In this document: one piece after another, positions 62,902 through 64,000 of the stretch | Layout of the letters: the number at the start of each line of letters is the position of its first letter | Numbering within the stretch: position 1 is the first letter of the stretch | Assembly: GCA_964252035.1 (NCBI GenBank) | Contig: OZ176205.1 | DNA from: Podarcis erhardii | Lineage: Eukaryota | Length of the DNA stretch: 64,000 nucleotides | Direction: 5' to 3' (one strand) | Made by a program: the position numbers and the translations under genes | The notes under the pieces: generated by a model | Database searches by the model: none | What the model saw: only the letters and a program-made list of their open reading frames with translations | What the model was told of the DNA's origin: nothing

Positions 62902-63110
62902 TTGTATTTTTCGCTCTATAAGACACACCAGACCACAAGGCGCACCTAGTTTTTGGAGGAGGAAAACAGGGGGGGGAAAATCAGAATCTCAGAAGCCAGA
63001 ACAGCAAGTGGGATAGTTGCGCAGTGAAAGCAGGAGTCCCTCTTTCTGTTCTGGCTTCTGTGATAGCTGTGCAGCCTGCATTTGCTCCATAAGACGCACA
63101 CACTTATAGA
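62902..63110. mobile_element. Tc2/pogo-like DNA transposon end fragment
   Basis: Begins TATTGTATTTTTCGCTCTATAAGAC, resembling the TACCGTATTTTTCG terminus; subterminal ATAAGAC(G/A)CAC repeats. Confidence 0.55.
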
Positions 63111-63135
63111 GCAAAAATTACAATATATAGGAATG

Positions 63136-63377
63136 CAGTCATACCTTGGGTTACGAACGCTGCAGGTTGCGCAATTTTGGGTTATGGACCACACCGAACC
63201 TGGAAGTACCAGAATGGGTTACTTCCAGGTTTCGGTGCTCACGCATGTGCAGAAGCACAAAATGGTGTCACGCGCATGCGCAGAAGCGCCTAATCATGTC
63301 ACACGCGTGTGCAGCGGCACTGCAGGTTGCGAACGCGCCTCCTGCACGGATCACGTTCACAACCTGAGGTATGACTG
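63136..63377. mobile_element. Tigger-like MITE (CAGTCATACC type)
   Basis: TIRs CAGTCATACCTTGGGTT / AACCTGAGGTATGACTG; TG on the left, TA on the right. Confidence 0.85.
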
Positions 63378-64000
63378 TATAGAAACTACCAAATCAGACC
63401 ACTGATTGATCCATCTAGCTCAGCATTTTCTTCAGTTACGGGTAGAAAACACCCAGGTTTTCAGTTAATTATTTCCTAGCCCTTCATGAAGATGCCAGGG
63501 ATTGAATCTGGAACCCTTTGCATGCAAAACATGTGTTCTAACCTTTTGCATGAACTGAGCAGCCGTGCCACCAGTTCCTAATATATATTGACTAAATGTT
63601 GGAATAGAAATAATTTTGAATGGCATTTTCACAGTGCCTTTGAAAAATGAGCAGGTTTGTCTATGCTTGAAAGTGTTTGAAAATGATTATTTCTGGGACT
63701 GATAAATGTGTACCGACTCATGTGGAATTGTGGCACTTGCCTCTCTTCTACCCTTGGTGATTCGTACAATAATTTTGTTTCTGGCATCAGCTGTTGGGGG
63801 TGGAGGAAAGCTAATAGTAATGACCTCGTCCTTTGCATTTATTCATACTAATGAAGTACAAGAAGCTTCAATTCTGACAATAGTTTGCTGCAAAGTGATA
63901 TGATGGAGCAGAGTTTTCGGAAAACTCAGCTGCAAAGCAAAGTTTATGAGGCTGTTCTGGAATCTGGGCTATTCATTGGCTCTTATTCTTATTTTGACAG

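Noticed and set aside
63850-63880. AATGAAGTACAAGAAGCTTC resembling the next NDRG3 exon
   Set aside because: No AG acceptor before it and the frame does not fit; the real exon more likely starts just past the window end.

Overview
Vertebrate nuclear DNA, most likely a lacertid lizard, judged by a lacertid-type Sauria SINE, a Squam3-like CORE-SINE and squamate MITEs. It contains two short assembly gaps. Two intron-rich genes lie head-to-head. On the minus strand is the 5' half of RALGAPB (Ral GTPase-activating protein non-catalytic beta subunit): CpG-island promoter at ~36.9-37.8 kb, a non-coding exon 1, and 14 coding exons from ATG 26004 down to 1670. All have GT/AG boundaries and consistent phases, giving 2,248 coding nt that begin [11 protein letters not shown]; the gene continues off the left edge. 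On the plus strand is the 5' end of NDRG3: CpG island at ~48.1-49.4 kb, a probable non-coding exon 1, and first coding exon MEELQDVQLTEIKPLLNDK at 61409-61465. The rest is intronic or intergenic DNA rich in transposons: L2 and CR1 LINE relics, SINEs, several Tc1/mariner (Tigger-like) MITEs, and a hAT-Charlie element matching my recollection of the horizontally transferred OC1/OposCharlie1 family. Nearly all ORFs in the supplied track are spurious. I found no convincing new multi-gene system. The best leads are (i) two inverted MITE copies 24.5 kb apart that share 45 bp of non-MITE flank and bracket the RALGAPB promoter and first five exons, (ii) the OC1-like hAT with intact TSD, an open transposase C-terminus and GC-rich cargo, (iii) candidate post-transcriptional control of both genes (uORFs, stop-containing cryptic exons), and (iv) direct RALGAPB-NDRG3 adjacency, which differs from human. 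Gene and repeat names come from recognising sequence from memory, not from database searches; exon numbers are inferred.
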